Source: Sphyrna mokarran (taxonomy: Eukaryota). Taken from it: a DNA stretch of 64,000 nt. The notes beneath the pieces were generated by a model, which was not told where the DNA came from, did no database searches, and saw only the letters and a program-made list of their open reading frames with translations. Positions 51,242 through 64,000 of the stretch are shown one piece after another. Made by a program: the position numbers and the translations under genes. The stretch spans positions 69,812,001 through 69,876,000 of the forward strand of contig JAGIQG010000008.1 in the NCBI GenBank assembly GCA_024679065.1. The letters are read 5' to 3'. The stretch's first letter is position 1, and every line of letters starts with the position of its first letter.

Positions 51242-51307
51242 AATGCTGATTTGAAGAAACAGCTACATGAATTGCAAGCAAAGATAACTGCTCTCAGTGA
51301 GAAACAA
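51242..51307 (+). CDS. PHF21A: PHF21A coding exon 3 (66 nt): [22 protein letters not shown]
   Basis: Acceptor TTTCACAG, donor CAA|GTAAGG, phase 0; coiled-coil peptide matches PHF21A. The next exon was not found in this window. Confidence 0.93.
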
Positions 51308-54300
51308 GTAAGGCAAAAATGAATTTGTGGCTGTTCTGTTCCAGATGGTTGTGTGTTCTCCAAGGATGAGCTCAACTTGGAGGGTTGGATAGTTTTCTGG
51401 AAGTTTTTAATGGCTATTCAAGTTGGCTGGTGATGATTTGGGGGAAAAAAAACTGATAGCCCTAACTACATCTGTTAGAACAAAGAACAAACAACTATAG
51501 TTGACTTTTTAAAATTTTCTACAGTTTTAAAAATCATAGGAGCAATGTTCTTTCTTACTGTAACCTTTCGTGTTATGAAACTCCCAATTCATGTCTCTTC
51601 AGATCCTTTAGCTCTAACTCAATCTAGGGCATCTTTACTTAACAGTAAGTAATTATTCACTTTATTTTGCAAATATTATTTTTGAAATAATATATTCCTC
51701 CTCCATACCTCCCTCATTCTCAATTTGCCCCAGTTTACTTGTTCCTGTCAAGGATTTCTTTTGTTAAGATTTTACCTTCTACTCCCTTTTATCAAATGTA
51801 GTGAAGGCTTGACTTTTTCTTATTTGTTTTCCTTTTGGCTGTATATGTGTGGGTCTTGGGGGAAGTAGGGTGGGGGAGATGGTTGGGTGTAGTTCTGGGT
51901 GTGAAATGACTGCCTCTTCCCCCTTTTTTCTTTGTTTCTCAGTCTAGGTTCTTTGTGCATTCAGATTCACATTATTCACATCCCAGTATTTGTAGCATCC
52001 TGTTCTCTCTGCTCAAAAGGGATAAGTCAAATTTTGTAAAGCTGCACTCATATCTGAGTTCACATTTTATGAAACCCCTGAAAAAATTGTACCTTGAACT
52101 ATGAAATAATCAATGAAATATTTTAAAAGCAGAGAAACAAAGATCTACAGCAAAGCACTTGTTTGAACTTCTATTGCCAACATTGTTGAGGTGCCTTGTT
52201 AATTCTAGAACAGCACCCATAATTACAATTTTAGATATTGTGCTGTCTTTAAAAGCTTTTGTCTGATTTTGTTTCTGTAAAGTCAGCTTTCAATCATTGT
52301 CATGTGATTAGCTGCCTTAGTAACCATGCGAGCCAACCACCAGTTCAGTGCAGAAATAAATACTGGATTGAGTATCTGGATTTGACTTGCTATTTTATAC
52401 ATTTTGTTTTAAAGAAGTTAACATTTTTGAGAAGTTGAATTGGTGTTGTTAAGTAGTTGTAGTAATACTTTGTCCTGTTGAGGGAGAGAATTTGATTATA
52501 AGTTTGAGCCGTTATTTTACTTTCAGTATTGTGTTGACTTGTAATTTTGCAGGTGTAACTGTTTTAACTGCGCAGTAATTACATTTTCTCCTGCTTTCAA
52601 TTTCTGAAGGTCATATAAGTTTAATTTTGCTTGGTTTTATTGTACAGCCTTAATTTTTTTGGCTTATAAAAATCATATTTGGTTAAACTTGAGTGAGCAT
52701 AGATAAATTTTTATTCCAAGAAGTTATATTTGTTAAATGCTGACAATTTCTGTAACCACTTTTTAAAGCTATAAACTTTTGACTATTAGAAATAATTGTG
52801 TTCTCTTCTGGAAGTACTAGATTTTTTTTCCCTTTCAACTGAATTCAAGAATTGTTTATGATGAACCTGGCAACTCTATACTGTTGAGTATTTAACTTCA
52901 CAAGATGATCCTGATTGAGTCCAAATTTACCTGTGTTACATGAACTTCACTGCCTCAGCTGGACATTTAGGTTTAAATCTTTGGCTGCTAATGTATACTA
53001 TACTAGCTGGTATTGTGAACCTGCCTTACTGAAAATCTACCACCTGCTGGCCAGTTTGGAGTATGGGGTTGTCTGGGGACTTTTAAATCATTGTTATATT
53101 TTCCCTGTGGACATAAACCTTAGTGCCTTAATTATTTGATTAGAGTTTCTTGCAAAACCTACACATCACAAATTTTGATAACTGGTAAAAAGTGGAATTA
53201 AGGAAACAAGAGCACTTTAGGGATCTTCCTGCAACTGAATGTGCTTCACATTCCTGGATGAAACGGAGATATGTAGTAGCAAGTGATCAAGCCTTGTTTT
53301 TAAAAAATAATGTTCTTTCAGGTAATTATTATTCATTGTGTAAGGCTAGTAGCGTGGCCTGTAGTGTATCAGAGTACCAATTCATGACATCAGGGTTCCG
53401 AGTGAGTGCAAGCTTAGTCCCCCTTAAGTTTCTATACTAAGCAACACTAGATTGGAGCAGAGAAAATAGGTGAAAAGTGACTCAAAAAACATCTTTAAAT
53501 TGGAACAAGTTCATACATTTCATTGTGCTGTACCCAGTTTACTGATAAAGTGGAGACTTGTGGAGATTACTGGAGGAATACATAGTTTGTGGAGCAAATG
53601 AATGTAACTATGATCAATAAAGTTTAACACTGTATTGGAATTCAGAAGTATGATTTATCAGTGATGGTATTTTAGATATTTAAACCTAGTTCTTCATCCT
53701 GTTAACTTGATGTGAAGTAACTTATTGTACTCTGAATTATTCTGAATCACATGCAAGTCCTACTCTAGCATAATATCGCAAATTTTAATGTAATGTACTT
53801 GCTCATTTAAGATTCTTGATTGTATATTACACCCCTTTATACATAAAAATATGTAAATATATATTGAACATAGGTCGACCTGTAGTATTGCTAAAAGTAC
53901 AAATTTTGAATTCCAGAAGAGATGATGTATAAATTTTGAAATGCTTTCTTCCTGGTTTAAAAGTAACACTGGTATTCCTGCTCAATAAAAAGTTACAACA
54001 ATTTATAAGCAATGTGAGAGCAATGGGGTGCAAGAATAAATTCATGAAGATTCCATCTTCCTAACTGCACTTTATACTCTGTATTCCATGCCTTTTGTAG
54101 AAAATAGGTGCAGGAGTAGGGAGGTAATCAGATCACAAGGTGTTAACTAATTTTGAAAACATCAGGAAATGTAATCTTATTAACCAAAGACTGGAGGCAT
54201 TTAATTGATGTGTAGATGTTGCAATACTGAAATGAAAAACTTGTAAGACTGCGGGTAACTTGTTAAGAAATGGAAAATAATGTGTGGGAGAAGTTAGGGA

Positions 54301-54654
54301 AAAGAACGAGATTTCAGATGTTACACATCACATGAAGAGTAAGTAGCTGGAAACTGGAATTCCAAATTGAGATTTCCCATATTTCATAGTACGTTGGCTT
54401 TTAAGGTTTTAATTTTGTCAGCCACTTAGATGCATATTATGGAGCATATGTTTCAAGTTGCTGATGTGAGTATGTATTGAAAAATTAGATGATAGCACTA
54501 AAAGTAGTCCTTTCAAAATATCCAGACCCACAAAATTCAAACGGAATGTAGGGAGAAAAAACAATTAAAAGAAATGAGTGTTAATTGCTCTTGGATAAAA
54601 GGGTCCCAGAAGCCAGATTCTAGGCTGCTGTGGACCTTAGATTGCACTGGCCAA

Positions 54655-56110
54655 ACAAAGAAAAGTACAACACAGGAATAGGTCTTTGGGCCGATCATGG
54701 TATCCTTACTTGGTCTGTATTCCTCTATTTCCTACCTATTCATGTGCACATCCAGATGCATCTTAAATGTTGCTAATGTGTCTGCTTCCACACATCATCT
54801 GGCAGTGTGTTCTAGGCACCCACTACTCTCTGTGAAAAGCTTTCCCCCGACTTCTATTTTCCCCCTTGAACCTGTGCCCTCTTGTAATTGACACTTCGGC
54901 CCTTGGAAAAAGTCTCTGACTATCCACTCTATCTATGCCTCTCGTAATTTAGGCCTCCCCTCAGACTCCATCTTTCCAGTGAAAACAATTATTCAGCTGC
55001 TCCTCATAGCCAACACCCTGGTGAATCTTGTTTGTACTCTCTCCAAAGTTTCCATGCCCTTCTGGTAGCGTGGTGATCAGAACTGCATTCAGTGCAGCCT
55101 ACCCAAAGTTTTAGATAAATGCATAGACCTATCATATGCTTCCTTGTTCCTTTTGACTAAGCTTATAATTTCCCTTATTATTCATGGTTCCCAATTTTGT
55201 CATTTCTATCCTTCATTTTTGTGAGGACCATCTCTCCTGCACTTCAATCAACTGGTTTTTAAAAGACTCCCCCATGTCAGACATGGATTTGCCTTCAAAT
55301 AGTCGCTCCCAATCCACATTCCCCAGTTCCTGTCTAATTTGGATGTAATTGACCTTCATCCAATTAAGCACCCTCAAACAAGGGCCATCCTTGTTCTTAT
55401 CTGTGATTACCCAAAGTTTTGTGGAATAATGACTATAATGTCTATAAAAAAAATGAGGGGCAAAAATAAGGTAGATAGTCAATATCTTTTTCCAAAGAAA
55501 GGGAAATCTAAAACTAGAGGGCATAGGTTTAAGGCGAGAGGGGAAAGATACAAAAGCGTCCAGAGGGGCAGTTTTTTCAAGCAAAGGATGCTGAGTGTTT
55601 GGAACAAGCTGCGAGAGGTAATAGTAGACACAAGTTCAATTTTGTCTTTTAAAAGCATTTAGACAGTTACGTTGATAAGAGGGGATAGAGGGATATGGGC
55701 CAAATGCGGACAATTGAGATTAGATTAGGGGTTTAAAAAAAATGCCAGCATAGGCAAGTTAGGCTCAAGAGGCCTGTTTCCATGCTGTAAACCTTTTTGA
55801 CTCTAATGGTTTCTAAGCCCAAAATGCACCCTCACTGAAACATTGGTCATCTGGCCTGGCTCATTCGCCAATATCAAGTATAGTCTTCCTGGTTGGATTG
55901 TCAACATCCTATATGAAAAAGCCTTCCTGGACATATCTAACAAATTGCTCTCCATCTGAGCCCCTGGCTGTAAGAGATTCCCAGTCAATATGGAGGAAGT
56001 TAAAATCATCTGTTACAACTACCCTGCTTTTTTCATACCTTTGCAGTACCCGACTACACAACTGCTCCTCTGTTTCCTGTGGGCAGTTGGGAAGTCAAAA
56101 AACATTCTGA
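54655..56110. mobile_element. Intronic cluster of CR1 fragments in both orientations
   Basis: Minus-strand 3' end and tether fragments (ORF 55213-55584, IRQELGNVDWERLF); plus-strand 3' end (SKTRGHRFKARG, ORF 55339-55662). Confidence 0.8.
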
Positions 56111-56352
56111 TTAAAAACCAGCACCACAGCCGATTTAGTCTGAGGTCTGGACAATAATGATTGTGTTTTTAAAAAATGTTTATTCTTAAAGTTACAAAGC
56201 CAATGTGCAGAATGAACAGGGCAAGAATCGTTTCCTTGTAGGCTGCAAAACCCAATTCAAATTGAATCCAATTCATGGTCCCCACAAGAGAGAAATACAA
56301 GATCCAAACTGACAAGAAAAGGCATTGCATTTTGGGCTTGATCTGAAACTTT

Positions 56353-56455
56353 TGCTGCAATTCTATTACCCTACCCGCCACAGGAATTAAACCGGGTAAG
56401 AGGCGAACAATGGGAAGGTCTGATGAGTTTGGGTGGAATTTTCTAATCTTGGGAA
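56353..56455 (-). mobile_element. ~130 bp MITE family, copy 3 (reverse, decayed)
   Basis: GCCACAGGAAT...ATGGGAAGGTCTG is the reverse complement of the core at 4915-4962. Confidence 0.5.
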
Positions 56456-58469
56456 TTAACCTTACTTTCTTGATCTACTCTTCACACTTCCGAACATGAA
56501 AGTCAAACGGAGTTTTATTTAGATGTATCTAGCATATATATTGAAAACGGTGATTTAAGCTATAGAAAAATATATGCCTGATTTGCTTTCTCTCCACTGC
56601 ACCAGTGCCAAGTTGCAACTGTCAAGGCTAATTAGGTTTATATGGGAATATGCCCTGTTATGATAAAAATGCTGCAAGGTGGCTAAACCTTACACTGGAA
56701 AGTAATACTCTTTAAAATAATCCAGCAGAGATTCACTGACACCACTGGAACATTTCTAACCATTGGATTCTTACAATTAATTTATTGTTTTGCAACTTAA
56801 CTTGTGCTGAGGGCTCCAGGGAAGTGATTTGTTTAGATATGATTTCGTTTTTGTAAAAACAGGTTTGAATTACTTTTTCCTTCGATCATTTGTGTACCAT
56901 ATGTCAACATGACGTTCATAATAACGGTGACGTAATTATTGCTTTTATTGAGAAATCATTTTGAAATCAGTATGGCTGGAATACATTATATGAAGACTAG
57001 CACTTACTCCTGTGGCCATACAGGAAATATTTTGCCTAAACCACCTTGTAAGCCACATGAGTTATACAAGTAATTGATACAATAAATATACTCCATATCC
57101 TGTTCTCAAACTTGTGGTTTTCAATTCAAACGTTTTCTTATTTTGGAGTGATTTTTTTTTTTAAAAAAATTCTTTGTACATTTTATTTAAGTATTGCTGA
57201 TTTACTCAAAATGACATTGAATTGTCATGAGTATACTGTAATATGTCTATTTGATAAATTGGAGTTAAAGTTAATGTTTTTTCTTTCTACAGCTGTGTTT
57301 TGGTATGAAACTTCACGTTTCCAATAGAAAGGGTCTTGTCTAATTGCACAAAACAGCAATATTTCACTAGGAAATAACACATTATCTTATGACTTGAATA
57401 ACAGGTTATTAAAATGTATTGTTGATTGATATATGTATAACTTATGTTGCAATTAAAATACACTATCAAGTTCACAAACCATCTCAGATTTTCCATAATA
57501 GCATAACTGAAGGAAAAGAGGCAAATGTATCAATGTTAACACGATTAAGACATTATGTGGCATTTTAGGTAGTATGTGGTGAGTGAACTTGAGAATATCT
57601 TTCATGATGCCCCAAAATTCTGTGCAACCAATAAAGTTTTGGATCTGAAACTTCATATCCAGGACATGTGAAAAGCAGTACATTTTTGAGTTGAACAGTT
57701 AATGTTTGAAAACAAGGATTATACTATAAAGTTTTTTTGTGGATAGTGCTGACTTTAAAGTGAAATTTGAAATGCTACATTACCAGGATTTTCCTTTGCC
57801 TTGAAAAATGGAGCTTGGTGCTCAGCAAGTTATGTCCACCAATTTTGTAATTGTCATTCTGTAAGGGTGCATGCTGTCTCTTGTACTTCATCAAAGTGAC
57901 AACTTTCAAGTTCGCCTGGATGGTGATGGTGCTTCCTCATGAATTTTCCAAAACGAGGAACCATCAAATTAGTACTTTATGGAATAGTGGAGCTGCACAA
58001 AATTATCAGACTGAATTATATTTTTGTTATCCCCCTCTGAAAGCTAAGGGGATGTACTATGTAGTGTACTATTGAGTCATGAAAATAGAAAGGCACAGGT
58101 TTAATTTTCAAGCAAGTTGATTGCTCTCAAATGATTTTGTGCACCATCAACATGATTTGCTGTGGTACACCTGAACTGGGGAGTGGTAAAAATCAAAGTT
58201 CCTTCAGTTTGCGACTTTCTTGCACAGATGGAGAAAACGTGTGAGGATGGAAAAGGACTTGCATGTAATGCTCCTGTGGTCAAATAGCCTGTCAACATTG
58301 TATTTAAGTTTATATTTGAATATTAATATTGGGTAGGGGCTTTTTCACTGTTTTAACTGTACTCCAGTATAAATTATTGCTTTTATTGGAGAAAGGTGAA
58401 AATATTAAAAAGATTAAATAAAGATGATGCAGATGCCACTTGTGTCAAAGATATGTCCTTTACTTTAGA

Positions 58470-59190
58470 ATTAGGAATATTGGATTTAGGGGCAGTAGTA
58501 GGCCATTTTGTTCTTCAAGCCTGTTTCACCATTCGATAAGATCATGACTTATCTGATTGCGGTGTTCATCTTCCTGCCTGCGTTCCATCTATAAATCTTG
58601 AGTCATTTATCAAAAATGTTTAATTCTGCCTTAAAATGACCCAACCTGCACAGACTAATGACCCTCAGAGAAAAAGTGCTCTCATCATTTCCAAATTAAA
58701 TGGAAGACCTCTTATTTTTAATGTGTTCTCCAGTGTCTCCCAAAGGAGGAGACATCTGCCCGATAACCATTGTATCAAGTTCCCTCATGATCTTGTGTGT
58801 TTCAACAAAATTGCTTCTCATTCTCCTAAAATCCAATGTGTCTGGGCTCAATCTGTTCAGCCATCCCCCATAAGATAAATACCCATCCCAGGAATGAGTC
58901 GAGTGGCCATTTTCTGCATTGCTAATACAAATATATCTTTTTTCAAATATGGAGAAAAAAACTACACAGTACTCCAGATGTAGTCACAACCAAGGATCCT
59001 GTGTAGCTGCAGTAACGTTTCCCTACTTCTGTATTCCATTTGCCTTCCTAATCTATTGAATCTACGTACTAACTTTCTATGATTAATGTACCACAATACC
59101 CAGATCACGCTTTTCTACCAAGTTCTGCCATCTTTTTCCATTTATGTAACGTACCAATTTTCTATTTTTCTGAAAATTGTACAACTGTTT
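58470..59190 (-). mobile_element. Old CR1 3' fragment
   Basis: Reverse CR1 3' UTR (AGTAGGCCATT..CCATTCGATAAGATCATG) and HLEYCV.FFSPYLKKDI on the minus strand. Confidence 0.7.
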
Positions 59191-59469
59191 AAAAACTCTT
59201 TATTGCAAAATTGTGCTTGTTACCCATAAGTGCTAGATTTCGTTCTTTTAAATGTAGTTTACTAAAAGTGATTTATTTGACCTGCATAGCTTCAGACTAA
59301 TCTAGTGCTATGTTGGAAGCCAAATTGTAGAGTGAAGGGCAGCATTATAACTGTTCGCACATTGAACTTATGGACCTTAATTTTGTAAAATGAATAATAG
59401 AACAGTTCTCTTTTGTACCTTTAAATCTTGTTTGGGATATATTCCTTTATGTTTGCCCTTTAAGTTTAC

Positions 59470-61640
59470 TTTTTGGGATGTACGTGTTGCTAGCTTGGCC
59501 AGCATTTGTGCCCATCCTTAATTGCCCTGAGAAGATGCTGCTGAGCCTCTGTCTTGACTTGCTGCTGTCTATTTGGTGTACATACACGTACGCGCATATC
59601 AGAATGGCACGTTGCTTGGAAAAGAACTTGTAGGTGGTAGTGCTGTTCCCTTGTCCTTCTAGGTGATAGAGACCACTGTTTTGTAAGGTGCTATTGCAGG
59701 AGATTTGATAAATTGCTGCACTGCATCTTGTATGTGGTACATACTTGTAAAAGTCAGTCTGTTTTAACCCTTATACGGTGGACAAATAACTACAAGTAGG
59801 CATCTTATTAGTACAAACAATATTTATTTAAACCCACACAATCAATAATCACCCACTCGACCAACAATAAGTTATCTTATAGGAAATACCAGAATTCAAG
59901 TACAATACAAGACCTTGACTTAATTTTGCGTGACTGACAAGTACCCAAACAGATATTGGCCTTTACCTCTGCGCTGGTCTTGGTAGTTGTCTATGTGGCT
60001 TGCTCCTTTGGTCTGGTTTTGCGTTCTGGCTGTGGTCATCCTTTCTTCTCGGCTGTGGTGGCTCTCCTCTTGCTGGCGATGTTCACCATTCTTGTAGCTT
60101 GTTTGTGGGGCCAGGGAGACAGAGTCCTGGTTGTGCAGCACCTTTTATATCCTGTTTGGTTTCACGCACCTTTTTGGCCATTGTCAATCAATTGATCAGG
60201 ACTTGATCACCCTGATCGATAAGAGTCCAATCAGGTGGTATCACACCAATCTCTGGGTGTATCCCCAGCAGCCATGTCTATATGTGTTGGAGGCACATAG
60301 GTCACATACCTGCCTCCTAAATAAGTGTTCACAGTGCCTTTATGTCTGGCACACAACCCAGTGTGACCAGAAAGTCTCTTTCATCCTGAAGATGGCCCAT
60401 ATTCTGTGTATTCACTCATCAGAGTTGCAGCCTATTTATTTAGTTTCTTGCCCAATCGTCCCAGAATGCTTTACAAAACACCATTTTAAATGGCCTGTTT
60501 GGCTATGCACTGTTGTTTGGTGGCAGAGATAATGGATGTTCAAGGTAGTGAATGGGACGCTAGTCAAGTAGGCTATTTTATCTTGAATGATGTTGAGCTT
60601 CTTGAGTATTATTGCAGCCGCTCTAGTCCAGGCGACTGGAGAGTATTCCAGTTCACTCCTGACTTATGCCTTGTGGTAGTGGCAGGTTTTGGGGAATTAG
60701 GAGGTGAGATACTCTGCAGAATTTCTACATCTAACCTTTCATAGCCATTGTATATATTTTCCAGTTTCTGGCATCTTGTAGTCATCGTATTTGCACGACT
60801 TGTTCAGTTTCTAGTCTATGTAACCCATAGCATTTGATAGTTGGGGGCTTATCCATTGGGTGTCGTGGGGAGATGGTTAGATTTTTGATTGCCTGGCCTA
60901 AGCCTAAGCCTGAACATTGTCCAAATTCAAATGCATATGGTCACAAACTACTTCAGTATTTAGTATCATTCAGTACTAGAATGATACTAAGTTATCATCA
61001 GTGAATGTCCCCACTTCATGATGGAAGGAAGTTCGTTGATGGAGGTTTAATTTAGGACAAGGGAACCATGTATCAATGTCCTGGGACTGAGACGATTGAC
61101 TTCCAACAACCACAATTCGCTTTGTTAGGTCTGATGCCAGTCAGTGGAGAGTTTCCTTCCTGATTCCTGCTGACATCAATTTTGGTACGGCTCTTTGATG
61201 CCACACTCCATCAAATACTGCCTTGATGTCAGAGGCAGGCAGACTTCTTTCCCCTTTGACTCTAGCTCTTATTAATATTAAACCAAGACGAAAGTCAGGA
61301 GATGAGCGGCCCTGGGGAATCCAAACTGAATATTGATGCCTCTTGCTTGCTGATGATAGATAGTAAACTGATAAGGCAATAATTGCCTGGGCTGGATTAG
61401 TTTATTTTGTGATCAGAACATACCATTCATTGTCAGAGATTCCTGTGCTGCACTGAAATAACTTGGCTGCTGGGTTATGGCCAATTCTAGAGCACAACTC
61501 TTTAGTACTACTACTGGAATCTTGGAAGGGCCCATAGCCTTTGCAGAATCCAGTGCATTCAGCTGTTTCTTCATATTGGGTGGAGTGAATCGAATCAAAT
61601 TGGTTGAAGGCAGGCATCTGTGATGTTGGGGACTTCAGTA
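59470..61640 (-). mobile_element. Decayed CR1/L2-group LINE, split by an LTR-like insertion
   Basis: IRFTP.NMKKQLNALDSAKAMGPSKIPVVVLKSCALELA in ORF 61413-61598. Confidence 0.7.
59746..60505 (-). mobile_element. LTR-like insertion (~760 bp)
   Basis: Interrupts the LINE, starts with TG, has TTTATT (minus-strand polyA signal) near the left end; layout resembles 28280-29066. No TSD resolved. Confidence 0.5.
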
Positions 61641-62229
61641 AGAGGCCGAGATGGATCATTCATCATACTGCAGAACGTGATTGGAGTACTATAGCTTTAA
61701 TGTTCACCAATTGTAGTTATAAAAAGTATCAAAATTGATGCCTATTAATGTTTTCCATATATAATTTTAATGCAAGTAGACAAGATTTCTTTTTCTACAA
61801 AATGTTGAATCTGATTTGGAGCTCCTGTATGTGAGGATCATCTTTTGCCATGTATTTGTCTAGTATACTGTCAGATATTTGATTTCATTGGCATCTATGC
61901 TCCTTCATTGGCATCTACATAAGTGCAGTGTGCTACCATGGAAACAATGGGCCAAAACTGAATGGGAACATGTTGCTGTTGTGTAGATCTTGTATATTTC
62001 AAAGGAGAACATCTTCCTTGATGCATTTTCAATGTTGTTTTGAATCCCTTTGGCATTAATTTAACAAGCAGAATACCAAAATAGTTTTATGTTCAGTGAT
62101 TAAATAGAAATATCATTGATTCTTTTGCTAATTTTCCCATAATATGGCAACTTCTTTAAAAAGTACCCTGGCATTTTAAAGGACTCGTGAAACAGTATGA
62201 TTAGATTTATGTTATTTTCAAAACAGCAA

Positions 62230-62950
62230 TAATTTGTATTTATTTATTACCTTTTAATGTCATAGAACATTCCAAGGTACTTCGTAGGAAACTTTCTAAA
62301 CAAAATTGGAACCATACCCCAAAATGTTGGGACAGATGACCAAAAGCTTTATTGAAGAGGTCAGTTTGCAACTTAGGGTGGAGAGGAAGAAAATAGGAAG
62401 GCAATTCCAGTGTTTAGGGCTTTGGCATCCAGTGTTGAAGTGATTTTAAAATCAGTGGTAAAGAGATCAGAATTGGAGAACATGGATATATCAATGTGAC
62501 ACAAAACCAGAGGAATGGAGGGATGAGGCCAGGAGAGATTTGAAAACAAAAGATAAGAATTTTAAGTTGAGGTGTTCATTAACTGAAGGCAAGGTAGATC
62601 AGTGAGCATGTAGGTGATAAGTGAATGGGTAATTGGTGTGAGCTAGGATTAAGTAGTAGAGGTTTGGATGACTTCAAGTTTTTGGCGGATATACTGGGAA
62701 GTAATCAGGATTACATTGGAAACGGATACCTGAATGGGAGTTTCAACAACGTGAGCTGAGGCAGGAGTGAAATGATATGGAGGTGGAAAAAGGTAGTCTT
62801 AGTTATGTTGGAGATTTGTGATGGGAAGCTGTGACACCAAAGTTACAAACAGTCTAACTCTGCTTCAAACAGACAGGAAGGTGGAAACAATGACAAGAGA
62901 ATGGCTCTCGTGGTGGGGACCAAATTTAATTCTGGTTTTCTCAATATTTG
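62230..62950 (-). mobile_element. Old L2-like LINE 3' fragment
   Basis: Homologous to 29920-30480. Confidence 0.55.
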
Positions 62951-63637
62951 GTTGGACCAAACTTTCTGCTCATTCAGCACAGATATTGGTCACTAAAAGA
63001 AAAGCAAAATACTGCTTCTGAAATAAAACACAAATTACTGGAAAAACTTAGCAGAACTGGCAGCATCTGTGGAAGGGGAAAACTTGAAATATTCACTCTT
63101 TTGGCTAACTCTTTATTTTGCATTGTAAAACAGCACTTTAGATCTATTTTCAAAAACTGGTGGTAACATTTCAAATATAAAGCAAATTTAAAAGTGCAAA
63201 ATAATGGATTCTAGGGGAATACTACAAACAGTATTTGGAGAGATTCCTATAAGAGAAGTTTGGTTGTCCGATGAAATCATTCTAGTATTTGCAGTAAATG
63301 TCAAAAAAGTTAGGAATGTTGTAAGCATTCTCTACCTAACAAAGATTTGTGATTTTTTTTAAAGAAAAGGATTTAATTTCAGAATTGTTGCTGGCAAATA
63401 AAACTACTTGGACTGTGCAGCATCCCATTGTTGTTGAAGACATGAAAGTTATAGAAACTATTTTTAACAATTGGAGTTGAGGATAATTTAGTGTGCATCT
63501 TCACCTAGATGTTGCTGCCTTGTAAATATAGTTATGGGGTTTAATGGCTTGTTCATATGCTGGAACATTTGACATAATTCAGGATAACCATCTATGATGT
63601 ATGCAGAAGAGTTGGGTGAGTGAATGGAGTCAAGCAA

Positions 63638-63961
63638 TTCATAGAATATCCAGTGCAGAAGGAGGTCGTTTGGCCTATTGAGTCTGGATCCGACTCTCTG
63701 TCAGAGCATCTTATCCAGGCCCTAATTGCTGTAACCTCACTAATTCCCCTAACCTATATATCTTGGGATACAAAAGGACATTCTAGGTTTGTCAATCCAC
63801 CTAACCTGCACATCTTTGGACTGTGGGAGAAAACTGGAGCACCTGGAGGAAACCCACACAATCACTGGAAGAATATGCAAACACCACACAACGTTCACCC
63901 AAGACTGGAATTCAATCAGGGTCCCTAGTACTATGAGGCAACCATGCTAACCACCATGCCA
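63638..63961 (-). mobile_element. HE1-like V-SINE
   Basis: Reverse V-domain GGGAGAAAACTGGAGCACCTGGAGGAAACCCAC, with tRNA head at the right end. Confidence 0.85.
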
Positions 63962-64000
63962 CTCAGCAGTGGAGTATAACACAGTTTGCAGTGTGCACTG

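Noticed and set aside
59956-60195. Hydrophobic 79-aa ORF resembling a small membrane protein
   Set aside because: It lies in the TG-rich strand of an LTR-like insert and has a non-ATG start; composition explains the hydrophobicity.
60960-60990. 12-bp hairpin TTAGTATCATTC / GAATGATACTAA
   Set aside because: Small local palindrome inside a decayed LINE; likely a repair by-product.
61883-61918. Direct repeat TTCATTGGCATCTA x2
   Set aside because: Simple short tandem duplication with no further structure.

Overview
Vertebrate genomic DNA, very probably from a shark or other chondrichthyan, inferred from HER1-type CR1 LINEs, HE1-type V-SINEs and SacSINE1-like DeuSINEs. Positions 1-48 kb are a repeat-dense intergenic region of mostly decayed elements: CR1, L2, RTE and Rex1 LINEs, a Gypsy internal region, solo LTRs, PIF/Harbinger remnants and MITEs, SINEs, and many Penelope-like elements (PLEs). 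A CpG island at ~48.95-50.15 kb is followed by the first three coding exons of a PHF21A/BHC80-family gene on the + strand; the rest of the window is its long intron. The most notable signal is a set of short fold-back PLE derivatives carrying minimal type-I hammerhead ribozyme motifs with covarying stem II in four variants. One TSD-bounded copy has its second ribozyme-bearing arm replaced by a near-perfect inverted copy of neighbouring DNA. All family assignments are by eye; no database search was run.
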